Notes under the pieces: generated by a model
Databases searched by the model: none
Seen by the model: the letters and a program-made list of their open reading frames with translations, nothing else
Told to the model about the DNA's origin: nothing
Translations under genes and position numbers: made by a program
From: Octopus sinensis
Taxonomy: Eukaryota
Length of the DNA stretch: 64,000 bases
Assembly: GCF_006345805.1 (NCBI RefSeq)
Contig: NC_043007.1
Location: 61,628,001-61,692,000 of the forward strand
Direction: 5' to 3'
Shown: piece after piece, positions 43,435-56,129 of the stretch
Layout: each line of letters starts with the position of its first letter
Position numbering within the stretch: position 1 is the first letter of the stretch

Positions 43435-43670
43435 AGGGTCGTGGCTTAGTGTTTACTCATGATCGTGGAAATTGTGGTTTCGATTCGGACAGAGTGGTGT
43501 GTTGTGTCCTTGAGCAAAACACTTCACTTCACGTTGCTCCGATCCATTCAGTTGACAAGAATGAGTAATCCTGCGACGGACTGGCGTCCCGACTAATAGG
43601 AAAACATAATCGTGTAGAATTCGGGAAACCGGACTTATGAACCTACAGCCTAGGAAGGGCCTTTATCCTT
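43435..43670 (+). mobile_element. tRNA-derived SINE family C
   Basis: GTGGCTTAGTG A-box and GGTTTCGATTC B-box; homologous to 60430-60730. Confidence 0.75.
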
Positions 43671-43727
43671 GTTTTGATATGTGTGTATGTGTGTGTGCGT
43701 CGTGCGCGTGCGTATGTGTGTATAAGT

Positions 43728-44052
43728 AAAAATACAAAAAATAAGGATAACTTTGTAAAGGTTATTGGAAAACATGTCGGTGCTAAATGTTAGAGACAGG
43801 CTTTATTTGGTTTTCTTGTTTGATTTATATTTTCCATAAAGTAAATTACAATTTATAGCAAATGTTTATATTTATATGTATGGGAGTATATAAAATATTA
43901 CATATATATAAACATTTGCTAGAAGTTGTAATTTACTTTAAGGAAAATATAAGTTAAACAAGAAAACGAAATAAAGTCTGCCTCTGGGGTATTTAGCACC
44001 GACATGTTTTCTAATAACCTTTACTAAGTTATACTTATTTTCTATTTTTTCT
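43728..44052. repeat. Foldback palindrome (~150-bp imperfect arms)
   Basis: GTAAAGGTTATTGGAAAACATGTCGGTGCTAAAT pairs with ATTTAGCACCGACATGTTTTCTAATAACCTTTAC. Confidence 0.9.
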
Positions 44053-44724
44053 TAATTTTTTAAACTGTAACGGTAATTTATGGACAACCTGAATATCTAT
44101 ATGTGTGTGTGTGTGTGTGTGTGTCTGAGTGCGCGCAAATGTATAGGTATATATGTATATACATACATTCATAGGTCTCTCTCTCTCTCTACATATGTGT
44201 GTGCGCGTGCGTGTGTATGCATATAGATACTAGTTTGTTGCTTGAAGAATCCCTTGACTGAGTGAGAGTTGTAATTATTGTTTTATTGGAACTGGCAGGT
44301 TGAACTTAGCAGAAATACAATCTAAGTGGGAGTTTTTGCTACTCTTGTGCTTGATACAATATGCTACCGATCTTGCTGACCTGGTCATCGCACTAAAGTT
44401 ACTGAGGGTTAAAAGGCACAGAAAATAATAGCAAAGAGGCTCTTCATCTTGCTTGGAGAATGCAAGTCTTCAGCCTTTTTCCTGGTATCTTTCAGTTTGC
44501 ATTATCTTCCAAGAGGCATCTTGTATAGCAAGTTACAGATAGACTTATCAAACAACTGCTCTGAGGCCCTGGAATGAGGTTTGACTATGACCGTTATGCG
44601 GGAGCTATATGAGATTTTAAATTATTGTTAGAATTCTTGAATAAAAAGAAATAATTCCAGCAAAATGTTTGTAAGCGTTTTCAAATACTGTGGAAAATTG
44701 TTTCATATTTGAATTAGTATACAT

Positions 44725-45525
44725 ATTCCTATCTACTATAAGCACAAGGCCTAAAATTTTGAGGGAGGTTGGGCTCGTCGATCATAGTGTTCAACTGGTA
44801 CTTCTTTTATTGACCCGAAGAATAAAAGGCAAAGTCGACCTCGGTGGAATTTAAATACAGAAAGTAAAGACGAAAGAAATACCGCTAAACATTTTCTCCA
44901 GTGCGTAACTGGTACTTAATTTATCGACACCGAAAGGATGAAAGGCAAAGTCGACCTCGGCGGAATTTGAACTCAGAACGTAAAGGCAGACGAAATACCT
45001 ATTTCTTTACTACCCACAAGGGGCTAAACACAGAAAGGACAAACAAGGACTGACAAACGGATTAAGTCGATTAGATCGACCCCAGTGCGTAACTGGTACT
45101 TATTTAATCGACCCCGAAAGGATGAAAGGCAAAGTCGACCTCGGCGAAATTTGAACTCAGAACGTAACGGCAGACGAAATCCCGCTAAGCATTTCGCCCG
45201 CGTGCTAACGATTCTGCCAGATCGCCACCTTAAACATTCAAACCAGTCATATCCAGCCCAAACTGCGAAACCCGGGTGTGCTAACGATTCTGCCAGCTCG
45301 CCGCCTTTGTACATATTGGTTTCAAAGTTTGGCAAATCCAGCAGTTTCGGGGGAGAAGTAAGTCTATAATATTGACCCTAGGGCTCAGTTGTTACTTATT
45401 TTATCGACCATGAAAGGATGAAAGGCAAAGTAGACCTCCGCGGAATTTGAACTCAGTACATAAAGCCGGACGAAATGCAGTTAATGCGGTTAATGCGGTG
45501 TGCTAACGATTCTGACGGCTCCGTG
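44725..45525 (-). mobile_element. Nested or tandem cluster of 4-5 SINE family A copies
   Basis: AAAGGCAAAGTCGACCTCGG core at ~44826, 44941, 45125 and 45421 (variant). Confidence 0.85.
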
Positions 45526-46228
45526 TCTTACAGCTTTTATACATATTAACATTAAACTACATATACTTTAAGTGTTGTAACCAATAACTGCAACAATATT
45601 GGAAGACAATTATATTTCATACAAAATGCATACTCCTAGTATGCGATTATAATTTAGAGAAGGTATTACGCGATTGTAAATAGCATCAATAAAAAAGAAT
45701 ATATTTTTTCCTTGTTTCATGTTTTAATTTGTTGATGTTAATAAAAATATTCAATCATTATGCTTTCTGAATTAAACTGTTAATTTATATAGCTTGCTCT
45801 TAGCTTAGTTTTTCCTTGGGGCTGACCAGATTGGAGTAATCTCAAGATTAATCAGCTGAAATTGCGAGGATGATTTGGTTCTTGACTGAGGATATAAAGC
45901 TTCGAATGACCCGTCCCTGTTTTTTTGTGTATCGTCTATCTGGATGTTTTGTCCCTTTTTGTATCACTTAGTTGTCCGGATGTTTTGCGTTCTTGTCCCA
46001 TTTTGTATTATATATACATACATATATATATATATATAATGAATAAGTAGCACACAAAGAACTTGTGAAATTCAGCTACCCAGAGATTCTTAACCGAAAT
46101 ATTTAATTTATTTCGCCTTTTTTCAAGCTGGTAGTGCGAACAAGTAGGTTAAGTAATGTATGTATGTATATGTATGTATGTATGTATGTATGTATTAAAA
46201 CAATAAAAGTAACTCTGTCTTTGTCTTT

Positions 46229-46263
<35 letters not shown>

Positions 46264-46277
46264 TATTATCATCATTA

Positions 46278-46322
<45 letters not shown>

Positions 46323-46328
46323 TTGCAG

Positions 46329-46559
46329 CTGAAGTTAGTAACCCAGAAGAATATTGCCGTAACAATCCAAATGCATTCCTGCCGCATCCCGACAGCTGCG
46401 CCCTCTTCTACAACTGTAGTCAAACAAGAAGGGTCCAGTTGTTTCTTGACAATTATGTAAACGAATGTCCTTACATGCAATTGTTCTCTGAGAAAACCCT
46501 AAGCTGCCAACATTATAGCAGAGTCCGGTGCGACCAAAGAAAAGAACCGAAGGATGTGT
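46329..46559 (+). CDS. Coding exon 2 of the chitin-binding protein (domain 2); absent from the ORF track
   Basis: Acceptor TTTTGCAG| and donor T|GTAAGT; 231 nt, phase 1-1. Reads EVSNPEEYCRNNPNAFLPHPDSCALFYNCSQTRRVQLFLDNYVNECPYMQLFSEKTLSCQHYSRVRCDQRKEPKDV. Confidence 0.92.
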
Positions 46560-46843
46560 GTAAGTAGTCAATAATATTTTGCTTCGCTAAGTAGGGATCA
46601 TCACAGAAGGGGAAACAAACAGCCTTCGTTTTGTTGATTTTGCAAGTTCAGTGTCATTTATTCTATTTTACTGTTATTACATTGCTGTAACTCCTTGAAG
46701 GTCGCATTTCCTTTTCTGCTTTTTCTTATTCATCTGGGGCTTTGCGCTGTTGCAGATATATCAATATGGAGATGAGAAATGCAATGCAGTAATGCATATA
46801 TATATATATATATATGTATGCATGTATGTATGTATATGTATAT

Positions 46844-46890
<47 letters not shown>

Positions 46891-47199
46891 ATATATATAT
46901 GTATGTATGTATGTATATATATATAGTAGTATATATGATAATGTATATTATATATAGTATATATATTATTGTAATATTGGTAGGTATTATGTATGCATAT
47001 ATAATATATGTATATTCTAGATATATATATATTATTATATATGTATATATATTATATATATATCATTATTATATATATATATATATATATATCATAATAT
47101 AACGGGAAGCTTTATGAAAATAAACAAAAGACGAGGCAGGTGGAAAACAAACGAACAATTGTATTAGTATGGCGCTCAGGAAATATAAATAAAACAGTC

Positions 47200-47235
47200 C
47201 TTTAACGTTTCGAGCCTACGCTCTTCAACAGAAAG
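47200..47235 (-). ncRNA. Ultra-minimal hammerhead-like motif with variant core
   Basis: CTTT-CTGTTGA-A-GAGC-GTAG-GCTC-GAAA-CGTT-AAAG. The downstream TTCCTGAGCG..CA..TAATAC is shared with the 38688 element. Confidence 0.45.
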
Positions 47236-48241
47236 ATACACAGAGAGAGAAAACACAGAAAGAAGGAGAGAAAAAAAATGCGTGCAGTAGCTAACGAATC
47301 AACATGGCGATCTGATTTCGGCCAGAGGTCAAAGATCAAACATGAGACGCGAGAGCGAAATAAGGGAGATAAGGGTTGATAAACGGGGGTTGAGGACAGC
47401 TAATAGTGCGTGGGAGGGGGGTCTGATGTGTGTATGTATAGGGTTGGTGTATGTATTAGTATGTATAATAGGGGTGTGTGTGTGTTGTGTGTGTTGTATG
47501 AGAGATGTATTAGTGCGTAGGATTGGTCTGGACGTGCGTTATGTATGGGGTTGGTGTATGTATTAGTATTATTAGTATGTATTAGTACGTATTGGTATTA
47601 TCGGTGTGTGTGTGTGTATGTGAGAGAGTATAAGTGCGTATGCGGGGTCTGGACGTTGTGTATGTATAAGGGTTGGTGTAAGTATTGTATGTACTAGTAT
47701 GTATTAGTACGTATTAGTATGTATTAGTTGGTGTGTGTATTAGTATGGCACATCATATGTGATGTGATGTGTAAGTCATGTGGGTTTAGTGAGGAGAAGA
47801 GGGGAGGGGAGGGGAGGGAGGAGGAAGGGGGGAAGCGAGGGGGAGAGAGAGGAGAAGGAGGGGAAGAGGATGGGAGGAAAAGGGAAGGGGAAATAGGGGA
47901 GAAGAGAAGGGGAGAGAGAGAGTAGGGGTCGGGGGAGAGAGAAAAGGAAGAGGGGGGGAAGAGGGGGGTTGAGGAGAGGACTGAAGAGAGGTAGAGATAT
48001 GAAGAGAGGGGGGAGAGTTAGATAAGGAGAGGGGGGGGGGAGATATATATATAGAGTAATATATATATATATATATATATATCCATATATATATGCTATA
48101 TACGTGTATATAGATAGAGATCATAGTAGGGGGTATATGTATATAGGCATATGTATAGGTCACATAGCACTATATATATATGTGTGTGATAGGTATATGT
48201 AGTGTGGTGTGATATAGTTATATATATAGTAATGTATTATG

Positions 48242-48284
<43 letters not shown>

Positions 48285-48289
48285 TGTAT

Positions 48290-48539
48290 ATACTTTTACT
48301 TTTGTCATGTTCCTCCCATGCCGGAGCACCGCCCTTGAGTCGAGAAGATCGACATTAGAGCTTTTTCTTGTAAGCTTAGTACTTGTTCTATCGGTATCTT
48401 CGGGGATGTAAACACCCAGCATCAGTTGTCAAGAGATGGTGGGGGACAAAGACACACACACTATATATATATATAATATATATGACGGGCTTCAGCCATC
48501 AAAATCCGCTCAGAGGATTTGGTCGGCCCGAGGCTATAG
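48290..48539 (-). mobile_element. SINE family B fragment
   Basis: GGTCGGCCCGAGGCTATAGT and tail motifs. Confidence 0.65.
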
Positions 48540-49030
48540 TACTCACTCTTGTACTTACTCCCAGTTACTCATGCATTTTGTGTTCAAGTAGATGAACAAG
48601 TTATATACATAGAATCCTAAAAAGTTAAATTAAATTTAGAAAATAAATTGTTGTAGAAACTAATATTTATTGTCATTTAGAATTTTTTAATGTTCTCTCT
48701 CATTTTTGCGTGTTCGCAAATGTTCAAACTGCCTTTCTTCATTTTCCAAACAAAGCTGATAACGTCCAACAATGGATTCGACAACATTGCCAAACATTTC
48801 ATTTGGAATTGTAAGACATTGTATTCGAATTTCATTTTTCAAATTATCAATTGTCGCAGCGTAAACCTTATCTTTGAGATGTCCCCATAAAAAAAAAAAT
48901 CCATTGGCGTGAGGTCTGGGGAACGTGCAGGAAATCTTCTCCCAATCCATTTGTTTGGATTTGTTGCATCGAGGTAAGCCTGTGCATCGTCTGTCAAAGA
49001 GTGAGTACATCTTTTTGAGACACGCTGTGT
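48540..49030 (-). mobile_element. Internally deleted Tc1/mariner relic
   Basis: PARSPDLTPMDFFLWGHLKDKVY...CLENE.RQFEHL. TIR CAGCGTGTCTCAAAAAGATGTACTCACTCT at ~49000-49028, remnant TACTCACTCTT at 48540. An N-terminal piece (PPARLT..IRDKFETDG) lies at ~49398-49490. Confidence 0.8.
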
Positions 49031-49356
49031 ATATATATATATATATTTCGTATATATATATTATATATATATATATATAACCGATGCTGGTGTGTTTACG
49101 TCTCTGTAACTTAGCGGTTCGGCAAAAGATACCGACAGAATAAGTACTAGGCTTACAAGCTTACAAAGAATAAGTCCTGGGGTCGATTTGCTCCAGCATG
49201 GCCACAGTCAAATGACTGAAACAAGTTAAAGAGCAAAAGAGTATATATATATGTATATTATATATATATATTATATAATATATATATATATATATAATAT
49301 ATGTGTGTGCGTGTGCGTGTATGTATATATACGTACATATATGTATGTTAGTATGT

Positions 49357-49399
<43 letters not shown>

Positions 49400-49545
49400 C
49401 AATTCCATCTGTTTCAAACTTATCTCTAATTCGAATGGAGGTTAACCGCGCAGGTGGCTTTGTTTGAAACTCTCTCTTAAACTGGCGTATTATACATACA
49501 TACATACATACATACATACATACATACATACATACATACATACAT

Positions 49546-49582
<37 letters not shown>

Positions 49583-50493
49583 TACATATACACTCGCAAA
49601 TATTTTTTTATATATACATGTATGTACGCTGGCTGGGATGTTTGTATAATACTAGGATGATCAGCAACGTTGACTGATATGAGTTCAGATAATTCTCAAG
49701 AGGGAATTTGGCAGGTATGGATGGAACGGTGTAGGTGTGAGGGCCAGTGAACTACAAATCAAAATTGACACAACAGTTACAAGGACATCCAGCTAAGTTG
49801 TTTCGCCAGTTTCTTGTTCTTTTATTTTCTATTAATAGGAAGAAGGAAAACAAACTGCCAGTAAATATATACATTAAGGAATATTTTCGGTAATTAGGTT
49901 AACAAGATAAAACAAAATTTATCTCTCTACCTACATTTTGACTGCCTGACTTGTATCCAGTTCTCACCTTTTATTTTTTTTTTAAATTATTTTTTATTTG
50001 TTTTGTTATATTTCTTCGTTTTTGTGGGGAGTGGTCTGGAATTTAAAATGTGCTTACTGTTTACCGAAGGTGTTAAGTTATTTTTTGTATTTTGAACATT
50101 GAAAAACAAATATAAGTTGCATTTCAGGTAACGCATAAAATGACATAAGGAAGTTGGGGATGGCTGTGTTGATAAGATGTCGGGTAATAGGTGAATGATA
50201 TGTTTCTTGTGACAGGTAGAGTTGATGACGTCTCTGCTAAAGACGTCTAAATCTCACTGCACAGATCCAAAATATTGATGAAAAAACAGCAGTAAACCTA
50301 CAAAGTACCCTGTACGCAGACTTTCTATAAAAAGCAGCTGAATCTCCTGTATCTTAGCCACACAGAAGTATCTGCACAGAAGCAACTGTATACACACATA
50401 TATGTATATATATGTATATTTATATGTAAACACACACACACACACACAGATGTATAATATATACGTGTGCGTGTGCATGTATGCATATATGCA

Positions 50494-50564
<71 letters not shown>

Positions 50565-50851
50565 AGTAAAATAAGGATTCAGATAGAATCGGGTACTTGA
50601 AAAGATATGCACCAGGTAAGGTTGGATAAACCTGTGGTTCCGGTCTCTGGTTGGTAAGTATCAAATAGGATATTCTGTTTGTGTACACAGAAAACTAACC
50701 CTATGAGTATTTAGCGCCTAGGGGCAGGTCCAAAGCACACGTTACGTTGAATAGAAGGTTGTTGGTATACTCTAGGGTGTTCAACAAGTCGTAAGCCCAC
50801 TTGGCGTATTATAAGCAAATGAATAATAACTGACGATGGATAATTGCCAGC

Positions 50852-50934
50852 TCATTACAACTGTTTCTCATGTAACTTTTTAATAGAAGGATGAGAACAT
50901 TACTTCATTACAAAAATCCTTAATCATCAGATGA
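50852..50934 (-). ncRNA. Type I hammerhead ribozyme motif with long stem II
   Basis: TCAT-CTGATGA-[long imperfect AU-rich hairpin]-GAAAC-AGTT-GTA-ATGA. Stem I is TCAT/ATGA. Confidence 0.6.
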
Positions 50935-51120
50935 AACGTGATTTTACAAACAAAAGAACATCCCCAAAATACAGCAGGAATGTGGCTGAAGTCATTATTC
51001 AGCTTTATTTCAAGATTTCTTGCCAATAGAGAAAGTGCCAGTTTCTAACCTAGATTCAGCAGGATATTTTTGTATGTATGTATGTGTGTATGTATGTATG
51101 TGTGTATGTATGTATGTGTG

Positions 51121-51167
<47 letters not shown>

Positions 51168-51304
51168 TGTTTGTCCCCCGTCACCGCTTGACAACTGGTG
51201 CCGGTGTGTTCACGTGCCTGTAACCTGAATAATGACATACATATACATGCATATGTGTGTGCGCGTGCGCGCATTTATATATATAAAACCCTGACATATA
51301 TATA

Positions 51305-51505
51305 TGTCAGGGTCTGGAAGGGTAGAGACATCCAACTCGCTACCAAATGCAGATTGGTGAATGCAATTGTCTTCCCAATAGCAACATATAGATGCGAGAC
51401 CTGGACACTAAAAAAAGCTGACCAGAAGAGAATTAATGCATTCGAGCTTTGGTGTTGGAGAAGACTTTTACGGATTCCATGGACAGCGAGGCTCACCAAT
51501 GGAGA
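51305..51505 (+). mobile_element. RTE (BovB-like) LINE fragment
   Basis: VWKGRDIQLATKCRLVNAIVFPIATYRCETWTLKKADQKRINAFELWCWRRLLRIPWTAR. Confidence 0.9.
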
Positions 51506-51564
51506 AGATAGATAGATATGTATGTATATTGTTGTGTCTTGAGAGAATCATTATGCCAATAATA

Positions 51565-51747
51565 ATTTTTTCTACTATAGGCTCAAGGCCTGAAATTTGT
51601 GGGGAGGAGGATAGTAGATTACATCGATCCCAGTACATGACTAGTACTTATTTTATCGCCCTCGAAAGTTGACCTCGGCAGAATTTGAACTTAGAACGTA
51701 ATGACGGATGAAATACCGCTAAGCTAACGATTCTGCCACCTCGCCGC
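51565..51747 (-). mobile_element. SINE family A
   Basis: Reverse-complement core and head. Confidence 0.8.
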
Positions 51748-51929
51748 TTCTTTATTGTTAGTCATTTGGTTAAATATCTAACAGTTAACTAATCGATCGT
51801 TTTGTTTAATGTGTTGGTTAAACAATCAATCGATTGTTAATCAGTTAATGTACTTTCGTCGCCGCTTGCGACGTTTACAGGGACTTAGTGACTTCATCTC
51901 TCTCTCTCTCTCTCTCTCTCCAAAGTCTG

Positions 51930-52262
51930 CTCTTAGTCTGTCTCGCAAGTATTGCGACCTCTAATTGAGATGTCCCTGGATGTCTGTGGGGGCACTGAAG
52001 AACTCCTCAGTAGAGTCAGTGTATCTAACTGCTCCAACGACTTCACTGGTTGAGGTGTCTAGTGGGGTAATCTATCGTTACCTTGATAATCTGGCGGATG
52101 AAGTGAGCTATGCGCTGGATGTTTTCCACCGTACTCCTTTCGACCCCCTCAGTACGACCACACGAGATTGTCCTAACTAGAATAACTAGAATATTGATAT
52201 CATCTACATATCTACAGCATAGTATTACAGCTATAGAATGTTCATCTAGAGGTAACTCCCTC
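51930..52262 (-). mobile_element. Penelope-like reverse transcriptase fragment
   Basis: RYVDDINIL...IQRIAHFIRQIIKVTIDYPTRH resembles PLE RT motifs C-E. Confidence 0.6.
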
Positions 52263-53252
52263 ATACACAACCATACACATCCACGCACACACAGAGACGG
52301 GAACGTACGCGTAAACATGCACGTAAACACACGTACGCACACACACACACACACGCACACACACACACACAGACGAACGCAAGAACACAACCACACAAAC
52401 ATTCACACACACACACGCACCACGCATACACATACATGCACAAGTACGCACACACACAAGCGCGCGCACATGTTGCCTCTACAAACTTCACCCCTTATAA
52501 TTATCCGTCTCCTGTCGCGTGTTTGCTCTGCTTTGTTTCAACACACGAATTCACATCCAGTATCATGCAAACCAAATACAATAACGAAGTGTGTGTGTGT
52601 GTGTGTGTGCGTGTGCGCGTGCGTGTGCGTGTGCGCGTGCGTGTGTGTGTGCGTGTGCGTGTGTGTGTGTGCACGTGCGTCTGTTGTGCAAAACACACCC
52701 ATGTTATGCATGCTGTAAGTATGCATTAAACTTGCATAAGCTGATGAAGTCCAACATTCTTTGAATTTATGTCATCGCCATCATCAACCAGGAAGAAATG
52801 AAAAGTAAAGCCAACAGTGGCAAGATTTGAATTCAGAACATAACAAAATATCGCAAGCTACACTAATGGTTTTGCCCTCTCTGCCAAATAAATAATATAC
52901 AACCGAATTCGTTCAAGAAGAATGACTTTCTCTCGATGATATCGTCTGAAGTTTTTGCTTTAGTCTATCTCATCATTTGTTAGTGTGAAGAGGTATTTGG
53001 TACTGGCATGCGCAGGAGAAAATTCCCCGGAGCAATCCAGTTCTTGAAACGATTGAGTCAATAATGTGGAATTTGGAGGGGTCAATGGTTTAGAGAGTTG
53101 AATTAATGAAAGAAACAAGCGTACCCAATCTTTAGCATGGGAAATATTTATTGTTATTGTTGCGATAGAAGAGGCAGCGGTTGATATAAGCTGACAGTAG
53201 ATAAATAACCAGAAAGTGTCACAAAATAATATTTCTCTCTTCTTCTTTCTAG

Positions 53253-53704
53253 GTGATTATAGACGTTTCTGGTGCGGTAGTGCCCATTGTGTCCCGTGCT
53301 TTATAAGATACCCGAGCTGCAACGGCAAACCCAACGGTAGGAACGCAATTCCTCACCTTCGGTGGGCTTCTTCTTTCATTGTGTGCCAAGATGACCGACT
53401 ATTAACGTCAGCTGAGTGTCCATCAAGGAACGGAAGACCGACTGTTTTTTCTCCTAATCAAAGGAATTGTGTTAGTGTATATTCTATGCCTTCACTCTTT
53501 GGTCGAAAACCTATTTCCTGCTCAAACAAACAAAATGGATTCTATGCAGACGTTTCAAGTTGCAACCGTTTCTATGAGTGCTCAAACCAAAAAATTATTA
53601 ACAAATTCACTTGCCAATCAAACATGATCTTTGATGCACAGATATCGACATGTATCCACCCAGAACAAAGTTGCTCTAAATGTGGCACAAAAGCCAATTG
53701 CTGA
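53253..53704 (+). CDS. Coding exon 3 (terminal) of the chitin-binding protein: Cys-rich linker, degenerate domain 3 and domain 4
   Basis: Pyrimidine tract plus TTTCTAG| acceptor; T|GT restores Cys in frame. Reads CDYRRFWCGSAHCVPCFIRYPSC...CSNKQNGFYADVSSCNRFYEC...C...IFDAQISTC...C to TGA. The three exons total 957 nt. ATTAAA at ~53783 and ~53812. Confidence 0.92.
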
Positions 53705-53823
53705 GATTTTTCTTAAAATGCCATACATGAGACTATATAGCACATTGTATATGTTTAGAAACCAAACACATACAAAAAGACTATTAAACCTTAAATTCTT
53801 TCATTTTCCCAATTAAAATTCAA

Positions 53824-53858
<35 letters not shown>

Positions 53859-55844
53859 TTATTTTAATGTATTGTAATTGGTTGGATTAAGTTTGATGAA
53901 TAATAACCACTGCATTGTTTTATTCCTGTCGGATTCGACCTTACCTTTCATCTCTCTAGGGCTTAAAAAGAAGTAACAGTAAAATACCAAGCCCATTTCA
54001 ATCAACTTACAAAATTGTGGCTTTGTGCAAATGTAAGATATCATATTGTAATATATTTCAGAACATAACTGCGAACTAACAATAAATTTTAGGTCGCTAT
54101 GATGATATATTGTTAACATATCTACACTTAAATGTTTTAAATATATCAACACTGCAACTCTACCTATTGACTTTCTTGTTTTTCTTTTTTCTTTCGAAGT
54201 TTTATCAGATTTTTGGTTGTTGTTATTTCACATCTTTTATGTAGCTAATACGTTTGAAACAGTAAAAACGAAACAAATTCTCAACTTTTTTGTTTAAGTC
54301 TTCGACTTCTGTTTAGTATATGTGAAAAGGAATCAAGAAACCAAGGAAATACTTGAATATGTTAAATGAAGAAAAAAGAAAACGGAAGGGAGTAATAGAA
54401 AAGTGAAAGAATAGCGGAAAAGGTGCCCAGAAATATGAGAGAAGTAGCGAGAGGGGGAGTAATCTAAATGAAAAGAGAGTGCGGAAGAGCGAGGTGGGGG
54501 GGGGGGGTTAAATCAAGGAATGTAAAAAATAATGCGAGAGAAAAGTGAAAATAGTGTGAAAGAGAGAGAAGACAATTAAAGAAGGAAGAGAATGAGATAA
54601 AAATGAATGAAAGAAAATGAGGGGAGGAAGTTGCGTGGAACAACAAACAATGTATATGAGAGAGAAAGAAAGAAAGTGAGAGAGAGAGAGTGAGTGAGGG
54701 AGAGAGGGGGGAGACGGACAGACAGACAGACAGAGAGGAAGCGAAAAGAAAAGGAAACATAAAACAACGGTTAACCGGTAAGACTGAAAAGAGTGGACAA
54801 AAGAGATACAAATGGCCACACAGAGATTGGAAAGATAAGATAGACAAGTGTCGGAAAGGGAGAGAGACTAGGAACGAAGATAGTCAGATACAAAGATAAG
54901 GAAAGGAGAACTGTGTCGATGGAAGAGAATCTTATAATGATAATTATGTATTGATTTGTATATATGCAACCGAAACCACTTTTTTCTATTAGCCTCTTAA
55001 CTAAACAAGTCAAACTGTAGAAATTTTCATTACGAATAGTTTCGAGAACAAAGCAAGATCTTCATGACGAAATTGCAAAATTAAACCAAATCCTTTTAAT
55101 CTTTAGTTTAACGCTATCTCAACCGAGCTCGTCAGACTCGCTGCGAACGACCTCAAAAGTTTTAGACATCTATCCATTTATATATACATGGAAACTACAT
55201 TACTACAGTTTATTTTCCGGCCTGAGATTCGAAACCGAATCTAAGAATTCTCGCTTGCCATTAGCTGACCAGACGGGAAAAATTTTCTTTGTCCTGTCAA
55301 AAGTGATGGATGAGTGGGGGTGTCACAGAAATTCAGATGGACGAGTGACTTAAATAGGTACAAGCCAATCTTATAATGGTATATCCATCTTTCTAACTAG
55401 AATGGGCCATTATAAATACAAGTTCCGTAGACACACAGGGGGTTAGCCAGCAAGGAACCAACAGTCAACACCGTGATGAGATGGTGAACCCTGTGAGCAG
55501 AGTGACACGCAAGAGTTAGCATTTGCAAACCACAGAACAGACAAGATAGAGAAACAACACAGTCGATCCAAATGACGAATGCACACACAGACTCAAAATA
55601 TGTTTTTGTACTGTCTCATCCCATTAACATTCTCTTTCCTCCGGTTTTTGCTTCGCCGACTCGAAGTAGTTGGATACATTATGTAGCGGCATATTTGTTT
55701 CAAGTATCCAACAAAGTGAATGCCACTGTGACCAAATAAATAATGTAAACTACGTTCCTATTCTTTCTTCGTTGTTCCCCATGGATGCTGGTTCAACACG
55801 TCTAGCATCATCTGCTACACCCCACATCATCACATTCTGCTACA

Positions 55845-56016
55845 CATACATACATACATACATACATACATACATACATACATACATACATACATACATA
55901 CATACATGCATGCATGCATGCATACATACATACATACATACATACATACATACATACATACATACATACATACATACATACATACATACATACATACATA
56001 CATACATACATACATA
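55845..56016. repeat. (CATA)n microsatellite
   Basis: Read directly. Confidence 0.95.
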
Positions 56017-56129
56017 CTGTTTGTTATATGATTCGATTGAAATCATAATGGGACGATCTGCATCCAGAATTAAATCATTTTACTACACCAACAAGCAACA
56101 TTTGCAGAACATAGCAAGAAGGTTAGTAA

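Noticed and set aside
44725-45525. CRISPR-like repeat-spacer array
   Set aside because: The repeats are nested SINE cores with homologous intervening sequence; eukaryotic context and no cas genes.
46899-48300. Low-complexity GA-rich and TA-rich ORFs
   Set aside because: Degenerate simple repeats; the stretch looks like poorly polished consensus.
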